DNA from: an archaeon
Lineage (GTDB): Archaea; Nanobdellota; Nanobdellia; Pacearchaeales; GW2011-AR1
Length of the DNA stretch: 55,915 nt
Assembly (NCBI GenBank): GCA_018648095.1
Contig: JABGRV010000006.1
Coordinates: 80,559-136,473, forward strand
Direction of reading: 5' to 3'
Shown: positions 28,219 through 37,790 of the stretch, piece after piece
How positions within the stretch are numbered: position 1 is the first letter of the stretch
How the letters are laid out: each line of letters opens with the position of its first letter
Program-made: the position numbers and the translations under genes
Notes under the pieces: model-generated
What the model saw: only the letters and a program-made list of their open reading frames with translations
What the model was told of the DNA's origin: nothing
Database searches by the model: none

Positions 28219-28746
28219 ATGACTACAAAAAAACCCAAACCCACAACCCCAAAACGAATTCTAATCTTCGGAGCCTCCGGAACCGGGAAAAACTGGTTCG
28301 GAGAGAGACTTTCCAAAAAATCCCGCATTAAGTTCTACGATACCGACGACCTGGCCTGGATAAAAAGATTTACCGTTAGAAGAGATTACAAAGAAAAGTG
28401 CGACATGCTAAAGAAGATCTGCAAGAAAGATAAATGGATGATTGCAACAGGAGCAACCACATACGTCAGCTGCGCAGAAAAGCGAGCCGATTTAATCATC
28501 ATTCTCGAGGCAGGTTTCCTCCGTAAATCTTACAGAATCATCAAACGCCATTTCCAGAAGAACGCCAGCGGAGAAGAATATTCCCCCAGTAATCCGCTTA
28601 AGCTTGTCTACGCCAATTATTTAGATTATCGAAAGGGTGGAAAGGGTAGGATTTATTTTGACGGCCTTATGAAGAAATATCCTGGGAAGGTAAGGGTGTT
28701 TGGGCAGGGGGAGAAGAGGAGGTTTCTGGAGGCGTGGGGGAGATGA
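28219..28746 (+). CDS. P-loop NTPase (adenylate-kinase / topology-modulation-protein-like)
   Basis: Walker A ILIFGASGTGKNWFGERL near the N-terminus. Confidence 0.55.
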   Translation: MTTKKPKPTTPKRILIFGASGTGKNWFGERLSKKSRIKFYDTDDLAWIKRFTVRRDYKEKCDMLKKICKKDKWMIATGATTYVSCAEKRADLIIILEAGFLRKSYRIIKRHFQKNASGEEYSPSNPLKLVYANYLDYRKGGKGRIYFDGLMKKYPGKVRVFGQGEKRRFLEAWGR

Positions 28747-28817
28747 AGGTTAAGGTTTTTGGGGGAATACTTGTAATAGAAACATTTATATATAGCAATG
28801 TATAGTAATAATATACA

Positions 28818-29234
28818 ATGGCAGATAAAAAAGAAACCACACAGGTTAATTTCAGGATTGAAAAAGAATTATTAGATTGGATTGATGCCCATTCAAAAAA
28901 ATCCTATAGTGATCGAACAACATTGATTAAGAGATCTATCCACGAATTAAAAATTAGGGTAGAGAAAGAGGAATTGTTTACTCAAAAACAATTAATAATT
29001 GATAAAAAAAGAATTAAAATAGTCAATGATGAAATTAAAAAATTAGGGCCAATAAAACAATTAAATAAGAAAGAAAAGGAAAATCTTTTTGATTTGAGTG
29101 AAGAAAAGGAAATTTTAGAAGAGGCCATTATGCAACGAGAGACTGATGAGCATTCAAGAGAATATTGGGCAAATGAAATTAAAGAATTGGAAGAAGAAAG
29201 GAGGAAAAGAAGAGATAAATTCATCTCTTCGTAA
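28818..29234 (+). CDS. putative ribbon-helix-helix / coiled-coil DNA-binding protein
   Basis: The N-terminus VNFRIEKELLDWIDAHSKKSYSDRTTLIKRSIHELK resembles CopG/RHH. The C-terminal half is coiled-coil. Confidence 0.4.
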   Translation: MADKKETTQVNFRIEKELLDWIDAHSKKSYSDRTTLIKRSIHELKIRVEKEELFTQKQLIIDKKRIKIVNDEIKKLGPIKQLNKKEKENLFDLSEEKEILEEAIMQRETDEHSREYWANEIKELEEERRKRRDKFISS

Positions 29235-29273
29235 ATTATATTCGCTTTAGCGATTGGTTGTTTTACCATCCAT

Positions 29274-29304
29274 CCCGGCAGAAAAATCTGCCGGGTTTAT
29301 ATTT
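29274..29304 (+). terminator. GC-rich hairpin (CCCGGCAGA-AAAAA-TCTGCCGGG) followed by a T-rich run
   Basis: Perfect 9-bp stem with a 5-nt loop, then TTTATATTT. It lies between the RHH-like gene and the HNH gene. Confidence 0.5.
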
Positions 29305-29312
29305 AGGATAAA

Positions 29313-29534
29313 ATGGTTTATTTGAAAAAAAATAAAAAAGGGTATCCCCTTACAAGAAACGGAAAGTTGATGCACAGAAAGGTTGCCGAAAATAAAATTG
29401 GTAGACCTCTGAGAAAACACGAGGTTGTACATCATCAAGATGAAAATAAGAATAATTTTAGAAAAGATAATTTATCCGTTATGAGCCGGTCTTTTCACTC
29501 AAAATTACATGGGAAAATAAAAAGGAGAAAATAA
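29313..29534 (+). CDS. small HNH endonuclease
   Basis: HEVVHHQDENKNNFRKDNLSVMSRSFH is an H-N-H core. Confidence 0.6.
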   Translation: MVYLKKNKKGYPLTRNGKLMHRKVAENKIGRPLRKHEVVHHQDENKNNFRKDNLSVMSRSFHSKLHGKIKRRK

Positions 29535-29537
29535 AAA

Positions 29538-29792
29538 ATGAGTTATGAATCCGAAATAAAAAAATGTTCCCGGTGCTCAAGGAAATTGGAAGAGTCGGAA
29601 AGATTGATGACATTCCCTGGAGAAATTTATTGGGATGTTGATGCTAGGATGTATGGGGGAACAAGCAAAAAAGTTTGTGAAAAATGTTATAAAGAACTAT
29701 CTGGGGAAGGTCTTATATGTATAAAAGATGAAAAAGGAGATTGGGTCTATCCCGAAGAGATTGGGAAAAAAGATGAACAAAAAACAGATTAA
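29538..29792 (+). CDS. zinc-ribbon protein (CSRCSR...CEKCYKEL)
   Basis: Two CxxC pairs, 84 aa. Confidence 0.4.
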   Translation: MSYESEIKKCSRCSRKLEESERLMTFPGEIYWDVDARMYGGTSKKVCEKCYKELSGEGLICIKDEKGDWVYPEEIGKKDEQKTD

Positions 29793-30099
29793 AATAATAA
29801 CTGAAATTGAAAGTCTGTTGCCAAAAAGGATGGGGGCGTTTGTCGAAAAAGAGACGCAGTACCATACAGGCAGATATCAAAAGAGAAAACAGAATGCATT
29901 TGTTCACTGTTATGATAAAAACTTTAGTTCCTTCATATTTCTGTTTCCAGTTTTTTGGACCTATGGCCGAGAAAAACAAACAAGAATTCTTTTTCATGAA
30001 ATCGCACACCTTAGGCTCCACCATAGCAAGAAGAAAAATAATGAGGTCGAGGCAGATAAATTGGCAAAAAGGTGGATGGGTGAAATTTCTAAAAAATAA
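29773..30099 (+). CDS. small HExxH motif protein (FHEIAHLRLHH), putative metallopeptidase-like
   Basis: Track ORF 29728..30099 with the start moved to the internal Met. The motif resembles SprT/ImmA-type HEIAH, but this is weak. Confidence 0.35.
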   Translation: MNKKQIKIITEIESLLPKRMGAFVEKETQYHTGRYQKRKQNAFVHCYDKNFSSFIFLFPVFWTYGREKQTRILFHEIAHLRLHHSKKKNNEVEADKLAKRWMGEISKK

Positions 30100-30144
30100 T
30101 AAACATTCCCAAAATTTTATAAACCCGTATTACATACGTATTAC

Positions 30145-30477
30145 ATGGTAGAACTATCAAAAATTCAAAAACCTGAACCAAAAGACGTGATTATTACTGT
30201 CCGGACCACAAAAGAAAACAAAGAATGGATGGATAAGAATAATATTAGCCCGAGCCTATTCTTTGATGAGGCTATAATTGATTTAAAGGCAAAAATGAAG
30301 GGAAATATTAATCGGAAAAACTGTGTTGTTTGTGGAAAACCTACAAAAGAGATAAAAATGGGAATCGGAATGGAGACTTTTTCTTTTTGTTGTCAGAAAT
30401 GTATTAAGACTTATGTTGCCAACGACCCGAAAGGCGAAGGGCTGGAAGTAAGGGGAACGCGGATTTATGTTAAATGA
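30145..30477 (+). CDS. zinc-ribbon protein (CVVCGKP...CCQKC)
   Basis: ORF track, 110 aa. Confidence 0.4.
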   Translation: MVELSKIQKPEPKDVIITVRTTKENKEWMDKNNISPSLFFDEAIIDLKAKMKGNINRKNCVVCGKPTKEIKMGIGMETFSFCCQKCIKTYVANDPKGEGLEVRGTRIYVK

Positions 30478-30515
30478 TACAAAGCATTTATTAATAATAG
30501 TTATTTGTACATTAT

Positions 30516-30950
30516 ATGGGAATGTTTGACTTTAAGCCAGTGAAAATAAAGAAACCCAAAATTCCTTCTGCACGTAATGTATTGCCAAGAAAAAGAGATA
30601 TCCAACGAATGATTTCTAATAAGCGAATTAGGGAACCCGTTTCCGCAAAAATTAAAACAGCAGTTAAGAAAAGGGCTGGAAATAAATGTGAGGCCAAGGG
30701 ATGCAGGCATTCGACCTATTTAGATTTTCATCATAAAAATATGAAAAATGATGACAATCGGGTTCAGAATATTGTTTTACTATGTCCAATTCACCACAGG
30801 GAAGCCCATGACAAGAAAAAAGTTCTAAAAACAAAAGATTCCTTTGGGAATACGATAAATCATAAAGTGGTGAGCAAAGAAACTAAGAAACGGATTGTGA
30901 AAAAAAGGAAGAAGCAGAATCCATTTGGAATGGGGTTTGGAGGATTCTAA
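30516..30950 (+). CDS. HNH endonuclease
   Basis: CEAKGCRHSTYLDFHHKNMKNDDNRVQNIVLLCPIHHREAH is the HNH core with Zn-binding Cys. Confidence 0.6.
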   Translation: MGMFDFKPVKIKKPKIPSARNVLPRKRDIQRMISNKRIREPVSAKIKTAVKKRAGNKCEAKGCRHSTYLDFHHKNMKNDDNRVQNIVLLCPIHHREAHDKKKVLKTKDSFGNTINHKVVSKETKKRIVKKRKKQNPFGMGFGGF

Positions 30951-30969
30951 AGATTTTTAAGGGAAAGAA

Positions 30970-32484
30970 ATGGCAAATAAACTACTAACAAAATCAAATT
31001 ATCTCCTCGGCCTACAATGCCCAAAACTACTCTGGGTCACTAAGAACAACAAAGAAAGAATTCCAGAGCCAGACTATTCTGCAAAACATAATTTTGAGAT
31101 GGGAGACATTATCGGAGTTCTTGCAACAAAGGTTTTCCCAAAAGGCATAGATTTAGCTAACTTAGATTTCAAAGAGAATATAGAAAAAACTAAGGAAGCC
31201 ATTAAAAGCAGAAAGACCATTTACGAGGCAGGAATTCTAACCGACGACGTATACTCTCGGGCAGACATCCTACTCCCTGTAGGAGAAGATGAATGGGACA
31301 TTATAGAAGTCAAAAATGCCACAAAAGTAAAAGATGTGAATATTCACGATGTTTCATTTCAAAAGCATGTTTATGAAAAAGCGGGACTAAAGATTAGAAA
31401 GTGTTTTTTGATGCACATTAATAACGAATATATCAAAGATGGGGAGATCGAGCCAGAAGAATTATTCATTCAAACAGAAATTAATGATAAGGTAGAAGAA
31501 TATTCCGAAGGAATAGAAGAAAGAATCCAAGAGATGCACAAGATTATCAATTCCAAGAAAGAACCTTCCTGTAAGATCGGAGTTTCATGCAGCGATCCTT
31601 ACGAATGTTCGTTAAAATGTGAATGCTGGAAAGATGTACCAAAAGACAGCGTATTTGATTTTTACAGGATGTTTAAGAAAAAATGTTTTGAATTATACGA
31701 TGGAGGAATTGTCTGCTTAAGTGATGTTCCAGAGAGTACAAAATTGAATGATAAACAACAGATACAGAGAAGATTAGCTTGTGAGGCGGCGTCCCCTAAG
31801 GACATGACACATGAAGGGCCTAAACATATAGATAAAACAGAGATAAATAATTTCCTTAGAAATTTGAAGTATCCGCTTTACTACCTAGATTTTGAAACAA
31901 TTAATCCTGCTATCCCTAAGTTTGATGGAATGAAGCCATATCAAAGAATCCCCTTCCAATTCTCCCTACATATTCAGAAAGAAGAAGGCGGAGAATGCGA
32001 GCATATCTCTTTCCTTGCAGAAGGCACAAGCGACTCAAGACCCAAGTTTATGCAAACCCTAAAAGACAATTTGGGAGACTCTGGGAGCATTTTAGTTTAT
32101 AATCAAGGGTTTGAGAAGGGCGTTATGAAAGAGGGCTGTGAGGCGTTGCCAGAATTTAAGGGATGGTATGGTGATAATATTGAGCCTAGAATCAAGGATC
32201 TTTTAGATGTTTTCAGAAATTTCCATTATTATGATCCGAAGCAATGCGGAAGTGCTTCGATAAAAAAGGTTTTGCCTTGTTTGACTAATTTGAAATATGA
32301 TGATTTGGAGATTGGAGAGGGGATGTTTGCAAGTTTAGAGTATGAACGGGTTACGTTTGGGGATGTTGATGATGCAGAGAGAAAGAAGGTTAGGGATGCG
32401 TTGGAAAAGTATTGTGAGTTGGATACGTTGGCAGAGGTTGAGATTGTGAAAGAATTGTTGGGGGTTGTTGACGATGGGGACTGA
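30970..32484 (+). CDS. Cas4/RecB-like PD-(D/E)xK nuclease domain protein with a Cys cluster (DUF2779-like architecture)
   Basis: D...E-V-K arrangement (DEWDIIEVKNATK) plus a four-plus Cys cluster CKIGVSCSDPYECSLKCECW. There is a large uncharacterised C-terminal domain. Confidence 0.45.
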   Translation: MANKLLTKSNYLLGLQCPKLLWVTKNNKERIPEPDYSAKHNFEMGDIIGVLATKVFPKGIDLANLDFKENIEKTKEAIKSRKTIYEAGILTDDVYSRADILLPVGEDEWDIIEVKNATKVKDVNIHDVSFQKHVYEKAGLKIRKCFLMHINNEYIKDGEIEPEELFIQTEINDKVEEYSEGIEERIQEMHKIINSKKEPSCKIGVSCSDPYECSLKCECWKDVPKDSVFDFYRMFKKKCFELYDGGIVCLSDVPESTKLNDKQQIQRRLACEAASPKDMTHEGPKHIDKTEINNFLRNLKYPLYYLDFETINPAIPKFDGMKPYQRIPFQFSLHIQKEEGGECEHISFLAEGTSDSRPKFMQTLKDNLGDSGSILVYNQGFEKGVMKEGCEALPEFKGWYGDNIEPRIKDLLDVFRNFHYYDPKQCGSASIKKVLPCLTNLKYDDLEIGEGMFASLEYERVTFGDVDDAERKKVRDALEKYCELDTLAEVEIVKELLGVVDDGD

Positions 32485-32601
32485 AGTGGTGGATGAGATT
32501 GATGGAGGGGTTGTGGAGAAGCTAAAAAGACCAGGGTATGACAAATAATAGTATTTATAAATCTGAGAATATTCAAATTATTGGAATGGGTGATTTAAAT
32601 A

Positions 32602-33666
32602 ATGTCAAAAGATAAACCGTATACAGTGGCTTCCTTTTTTAGTGGTTGTGGTGGTTTTGATCACGGTTTTGAGAAAAATGATTTCTCAGTTTTATTTGGG
32701 AATGATTCGTGGGAGGATGCTGCTACGACATTTAGGGCAAATTATCCGCAAGTTAAATTTTTTGAGAAACCAATTCAAGACATTACTGAAGAAGAATTAG
32801 CAGAGGTTACTAATAACATGCAAGTTGATGTATTAATTGGGGGGCCCCCTTGCCAGTGTTTCACGAGATTAAATAATAATCATCTGATTAAGTTATCTGA
32901 ACTAAAAAAAGAAGACAATAGAAGAACGCTGTCTCAAGAGTATATTAAAAAGGTTAAACTTCTAAAACCAAAGATAGTGTTGATGGAAAATGTAAGGGAC
33001 CTTCTACATAGGAAAAATCAGGAGGGGAAATTATATTCTGAAATAATTCGGGAGGCATTCAAGGAAATTGGATATGAAACTTACTGTAAAATTATCTCCA
33101 TGGATAAGTATGATGTTCCTCAAAAAAGAAAAAGAGTGATTTTTCTAGCCACTAATGTAAAAAGGTTAATGGAATTTCTTGATGAAAATGTTGATAATGG
33201 ATTCCCAAAGGAATCGAATAGGATAATCACTTCCGGAGAAGCCCTAGCTAAAATAAAAGATAATGAAAGTTTAAGTAACCACAATTTTACGATTAATGAA
33301 CCAGAAACTCTAGAGAAAATAAGGAATATCCCCCCAGGAGGTTATTACGAAGATTTACCAGACTCATTAAAAACAAAGAAAATTCGTAATGGGAAGGAAG
33401 TGATAGTAAAAAGATATGGCTCTTATTATCGGAGGTTACATCCGGATGAGCCTTCAAGAACAATAACAAATAATTACGTAATCCACCCAATCAAAGATAG
33501 ATATCTTTCAAATAGGGAAATGGCAATTTTACATAGCTTTCCAAAACAGTATAAATTTAAAGGAAACATGGGCTCAGTATCTCAACAAATTGCAAATGCT
33601 GTTCCGCCAAAATTTGCCGAAAAAATGGCAAAAAGAGTCCAATTTTTATTGGATAATTATTGTTAA
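32602..33666 (+). CDS. DNA (cytosine-5)-methyltransferase
   Basis: Motif I ASFFSGCGGFDHGF, motif IV GGPPCQCFT, motif VI ENV. Confidence 0.85.
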   Translation: MSKDKPYTVASFFSGCGGFDHGFEKNDFSVLFGNDSWEDAATTFRANYPQVKFFEKPIQDITEEELAEVTNNMQVDVLIGGPPCQCFTRLNNNHLIKLSELKKEDNRRTLSQEYIKKVKLLKPKIVLMENVRDLLHRKNQEGKLYSEIIREAFKEIGYETYCKIISMDKYDVPQKRKRVIFLATNVKRLMEFLDENVDNGFPKESNRIITSGEALAKIKDNESLSNHNFTINEPETLEKIRNIPPGGYYEDLPDSLKTKKIRNGKEVIVKRYGSYYRRLHPDEPSRTITNNYVIHPIKDRYLSNREMAILHSFPKQYKFKGNMGSVSQQIANAVPPKFAEKMAKRVQFLLDNYC

Positions 33667-33672
33667 CTTCAA

Positions 33673-34815
33673 ATGGTAGAAAAAAGTTACAAACTGGGAA
33701 AAGAATATATAGATAAGGGCAATCCCAAGTTTGATGAAGATCAATTCATGCGTTGGTTAAATATTAAGAATGTAAGTGGAATGATGAATTCTCCAGGAAT
33801 TCGGTGGTTAAATTATGCGAAGAAAAAAGATCTTCCTGCCGCAATAATATTAATTTCAAAAACTGCTAGCAGTTCATATCATAATCCTTGGGAGGATGTA
33901 ATCGATAGATTGGCAGGTAAGGCATATTACTGGGGGGATTCTAAATATGATCTAAAAAAATCTTGTGAAGACTTCATGGGAAATAAATTACTAAAAAAGG
34001 TCCACGTTAATCTTTTGGAGGGTAATCTTGATAAGATTCCGCCAATTTTACTTTTTTCAAAGCCAGTAAGTGGAAAAATCTTTTTTGAGGGATTGTGCGT
34101 GTTAGAAAATCTTGAAAGAACTTGGTTTGAGGATAAGGGTAAACCTGTTAGAAATTATCGTGCAATACTCCGGATATTGGATACTGAAAAGGTAAAAATT
34201 GAGTGGATACATAACAGAATATATGAAAAAGAATCCGATTCTCCAAGTGCTTGGAAGGACTATTCTTCTGGAAAAACACCCAAATATCTGAAGGTATGGA
34301 ATAAACGATTAAGATCCAAAAATGAACAATTACCTCCAATTAATTCCAATGATGATTTAATTCTAAAGAGAATAAATAGTTTATTATCCCGGGAGTTTGA
34401 GTTTTTTACAGTAAGACTTCTGGAATCTATAAAAGATATAAAGCATGAAATTGTAACTACTCGGGCAGTAAGGGATAAGGGGTTTGATTTCTTTGGGAGA
34501 TTTACATTGCCATACCCCCTAAAATATGAAATAAATTTTAAAGGAGAAGCTAAAAAGTTTGCAAGGTCTAGCGGAGTTGGACCTAAGGAATTATCTCGTT
34601 TAGCAGCAAAACTAACTCGTGGAGAATATGGGATATTCATCACCACATCGTATTATACATTACAAGCGCAGGAAGAATTATTTGAAGATGATTATCCAAT
34701 TAAGTTAATTAGCGGCAACGATATTATTAATTTTTTAAAAGAGTCAAGAATGATAAAGAATAATGCCCTATCTGAAAAAGATCTTTTTAAATTTTTGAAC
34801 CTTAAGCAAGAATGA
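33673..34815 (+). CDS. restriction endonuclease with an Mrr-type catalytic domain (cognate REase candidate)
   Basis: The C-terminus ...DKGFDFFGRF...GEAKKF...EYGIFITTSYYTLQAQEEL resembles the Mrr_cat fold. It lies 7 nt downstream of the C5-methyltransferase. Confidence 0.55.
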   Translation: MVEKSYKLGKEYIDKGNPKFDEDQFMRWLNIKNVSGMMNSPGIRWLNYAKKKDLPAAIILISKTASSSYHNPWEDVIDRLAGKAYYWGDSKYDLKKSCEDFMGNKLLKKVHVNLLEGNLDKIPPILLFSKPVSGKIFFEGLCVLENLERTWFEDKGKPVRNYRAILRILDTEKVKIEWIHNRIYEKESDSPSAWKDYSSGKTPKYLKVWNKRLRSKNEQLPPINSNDDLILKRINSLLSREFEFFTVRLLESIKDIKHEIVTTRAVRDKGFDFFGRFTLPYPLKYEINFKGEAKKFARSSGVGPKELSRLAAKLTRGEYGIFITTSYYTLQAQEELFEDDYPIKLISGNDIINFLKESRMIKNNALSEKDLFKFLNLKQE

Positions 34816-34858
34816 TCACACAGTTAACTATAAATATGGCCATATTTATTACCTGATA

Positions 34859-35599
34859 ATGGAAGACTATGTAGATTTTGAAGATATATTTAAGAATTTA
34901 ATAAATACTCACAAAAAAGACGAAGATTTTGAGTTAATCAAAGACTATCCTGCAATTTTTTCTTTAATTTCAAATATTTCTAGTGATAAGAGTGCGGATG
35001 GGATCACAAAAATGCTTATGAATAGTGCTATTTCATATTTTATCCTTCCAGAAGATATTATTTCTGAGAAAGAGTATGGGGTAAAGGGTTATGTTGATGA
35101 TTTTTTTATTTGCTTACATGTCTTATCGGAATTCTTAAAATATGATTCTAAACTTGGAGAATATTTAATAAATAAATATTGGACCTTAAAAGAGGATTAT
35201 CACAATTATATCTCTAATAAGTATTATGAACTCATGAAGTTAATCGAGGACTCTGTAAGATCTAATATCTTGTTACATTCGGGTGTAAAATATATTGAAG
35301 AACTCATTATGAATAAAAAAAATCCAAGAAAATACCTTGAATTAAAGGGAAGAGATTTACAAAGAAAGATACATTATTTATTTTTCTTATTTCTTAATAG
35401 GCCTATTGGAAATAAAGAGGCAAAGAAGGAATTTGAAAAAAATTTCTTTGGAACTTCAGAGTTCATGGAATTTTCAAAGAAATTGGATCTACTTGAAAAA
35501 GAAGATAATTCTTTTAGTAGGGCTAAAAAAAATGTGGATGAAATGTTTAGTTTAGAAGAAAATATGAAAAATATAAGAATTAGGAGACTTCTTGGATGA
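34859..35599 (+). CDS. DUF1232 (YkvA-like) domain protein
   Basis: YFILPEDIISEKEYGVKGYVDDFFICLHV matches the DUF1232 pattern. Its stop overlaps the next start. Confidence 0.4.
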   Translation: MEDYVDFEDIFKNLINTHKKDEDFELIKDYPAIFSLISNISSDKSADGITKMLMNSAISYFILPEDIISEKEYGVKGYVDDFFICLHVLSEFLKYDSKLGEYLINKYWTLKEDYHNYISNKYYELMKLIEDSVRSNILLHSGVKYIEELIMNKKNPRKYLELKGRDLQRKIHYLFFLFLNRPIGNKEAKKEFEKNFFGTSEFMEFSKKLDLLEKEDNSFSRAKKNVDEMFSLEENMKNIRIRRLLG

Positions 35600-37623
35600 C
35601 TGGTTTAAAAGAATTATCTGATTCAATAGAGAAAATTTATGATTCCGATTCTGAAGACATAACTGAAATAATGAATCTTCTTTTGAAACAATCTATTAGA
35701 TATAGTAGGATCGGAAGCTATTTTTCTTCAAAATCTTTTATTTCATTAGCGGAGGGGTTGGAAGAACTCTTCTTAAAAAACGGAAAGATGAAGTTGATTA
35801 TTAATTATGAATTAAGTAAGGAAGACCATCAGGAGCTAAAGAAGACTTGTGACTACCAGAAAATTGGAGATAGAATAGCATTAGATATTAAAAATCTGAA
35901 ATCTGAAATGGAGTTAAATTCCGCTAAAGTTTTAGCATGGTTAATCTATCAGGGGAAACTTGAGATAAAGGTTGTTCTTGGAAAAGGCAATAACTTAATG
36001 CATATCAAACAAGGGATATTTGAAGATGAATATGGTGACAAAGTGGCATTTACTGGATCTGCAAATGAAACATATTCTGCCTATGAAAAAAATATTGAAC
36101 AAGTAACTTTTTTCAAAGACTGGATAAGTGGGCAGGAGGAATATGTAGGGGAGTTTATTTCCAAATTTAACAAGTTTTGGGATAATTGTGGGGTTGTGGC
36201 TAAAACTTATTCTTTATCAAAAGCTTTTGAGAACGAATTAATGAGAATTCGGCCAAGGACCGAGGCAGAATTAAAAGAATCCCTTCAAATTATTTCTTCC
36301 AAGAATATGTCCACTAAGAAGAAAAAATCACTCACTCCCTATCCCCATCAAGATGCCGCATTACAAGCGTGGTTGAAAAATGACAAGAGGGGCATAATTG
36401 AAATGCCTACTGGTTGTGGAAAGACCAAAACTGCCCTATTTGCTTTTAGAAAAGCTATAAAATCTGGAAAGAGCGCTACTTTTATCTTTGCTCCAACAAA
36501 GGCCATTTGTAATCAATGGATAGAGGAATTTGAAGGAGAACCTTGCAAAATTTGCAAAATTTATGATAATCCAAATTGGAAAAGAGATTTAAAGAAAAAT
36601 ATTTTGGATTTAAAACTGGGAGTATTTGAGAATCTTGTTGTAGTCGGAAGCTATGCACTAATAACTTCCAAAGTTCTTATCGAAGAAATTAGAACTTTGA
36701 CAGAATTTAACAAGTTTTTAATTGCAGATGAAGCTCATTCTACCGGGGCACTGAAGACCTCCGGGGGTTTAATAGAAGATTATAATTTTCGCCTGGCCTT
36801 AAGCGCTACTCCCAAAAGATATCTTGATGAGGACGGAACAAATAGAGTTTTTGATTTTTTTGGAGGGGTAGTTTATGACAAAATAGGATTATATGAGGCA
36901 ATTTATTCCTTGGGGGTGCTTTGTGAGTATGAGTATCATTTAATTCAAGTTTTTTTAAATGAAGAAGAAATGGCCCAATATTCCAAGCTGACAAAATTAT
37001 TAATTATGAAGGTTTCTATGAAATCGAAAGATAAGTACAATACAAATCTTGACTCAGAAATTCAAAGGCTTGCAGAAAAAAGGGCAAAGATTATAAAAAA
37101 TTGCTCTGCTAAACTAGACAAGCTTCCAGAGATAGTAGAAGAAATTAAAGAAGATAAGTCTATTATTTTCGTTTCTCCGAAACAACGGGAGGAGGTATTG
37201 AAGATAGTCAGAAATAGAATAAAATACCACCAATATACTTATTCTGAGGATACGGAAGTAAGATCTAGGGCCCTTGAAAATTTTAAAGAAGGAAAAATAC
37301 AGGCCTTAGTTGCAATAAAATGTCTTGATGAAGGTTTAGATGTGCCTGCTGCAAGGGCAGGAGTTATTATGGCAAGTTCTGGAAATCCCCGGGAGTTTAT
37401 TCAAAGGAGGGGCAGGCTTTTAAGAAAACATCCCAATAAAAAATATGCAAAGATTTTTGATTTTTTTGTAACTCCCTCTAAGGAGGCTATTAGCTCTTCG
37501 GAGATGTATAAAAATCAGATATCCAAAGAATTAAAAAGAATAACCGAGTTTGCAAAATCTGCTAGAAATGAAATAAAGGTATCGAAAGAATTAAAAGAGT
37601 TAAAATCTAAATTAGGCCTATGA
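35596..37623 (+). CDS. PLD-family (HKD) nuclease fused to an SF2 DEAH helicase
   Basis: HKD-type motif HIKQGIFEDEYGDKVAFTGSANET. Helicase motifs MPTGCGKT (I), IADEAHS (II), LSATP (III), QRRGRLLR (VI). Confidence 0.7.
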   Translation: MTGLKELSDSIEKIYDSDSEDITEIMNLLLKQSIRYSRIGSYFSSKSFISLAEGLEELFLKNGKMKLIINYELSKEDHQELKKTCDYQKIGDRIALDIKNLKSEMELNSAKVLAWLIYQGKLEIKVVLGKGNNLMHIKQGIFEDEYGDKVAFTGSANETYSAYEKNIEQVTFFKDWISGQEEYVGEFISKFNKFWDNCGVVAKTYSLSKAFENELMRIRPRTEAELKESLQIISSKNMSTKKKKSLTPYPHQDAALQAWLKNDKRGIIEMPTGCGKTKTALFAFRKAIKSGKSATFIFAPTKAICNQWIEEFEGEPCKICKIYDNPNWKRDLKKNILDLKLGVFENLVVVGSYALITSKVLIEEIRTLTEFNKFLIADEAHSTGALKTSGGLIEDYNFRLALSATPKRYLDEDGTNRVFDFFGGVVYDKIGLYEAIYSLGVLCEYEYHLIQVFLNEEEMAQYSKLTKLLIMKVSMKSKDKYNTNLDSEIQRLAEKRAKIIKNCSAKLDKLPEIVEEIKEDKSIIFVSPKQREEVLKIVRNRIKYHQYTYSEDTEVRSRALENFKEGKIQALVAIKCLDEGLDVPAARAGVIMASSGNPREFIQRRGRLLRKHPNKKYAKIFDFFVTPSKEAISSSEMYKNQISKELKRITEFAKSARNEIKVSKELKELKSKLGL

Positions 37624-37790
37624 ACGAGTTAAAAAAATTAGTAAATAAGGCGGTTCTTGAAAAAATACCCCTTTCAGAAGATCGGGAGGCACTTTTAGAA
37701 GCAATAAGTATTGAAGAAACTTTTGGTGGGTTAAAATCTACAGATCTATTAGATAAATATGAAAAAATTATAGAGGGACTTATAAAATGA
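37620..37790 (+). CDS. unannotated 56-aa ORF translationally coupled on both sides (MNELKKLVNKAVLEKIPLSEDREALLEA...)
   Basis: ATGA overlaps at both ends: 37620-37623 with the helicase stop and 37787-37790 with the ATPase start. Confidence 0.35.
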   Translation: MNELKKLVNKAVLEKIPLSEDREALLEAISIEETFGGLKSTDLLDKYEKIIEGLIK

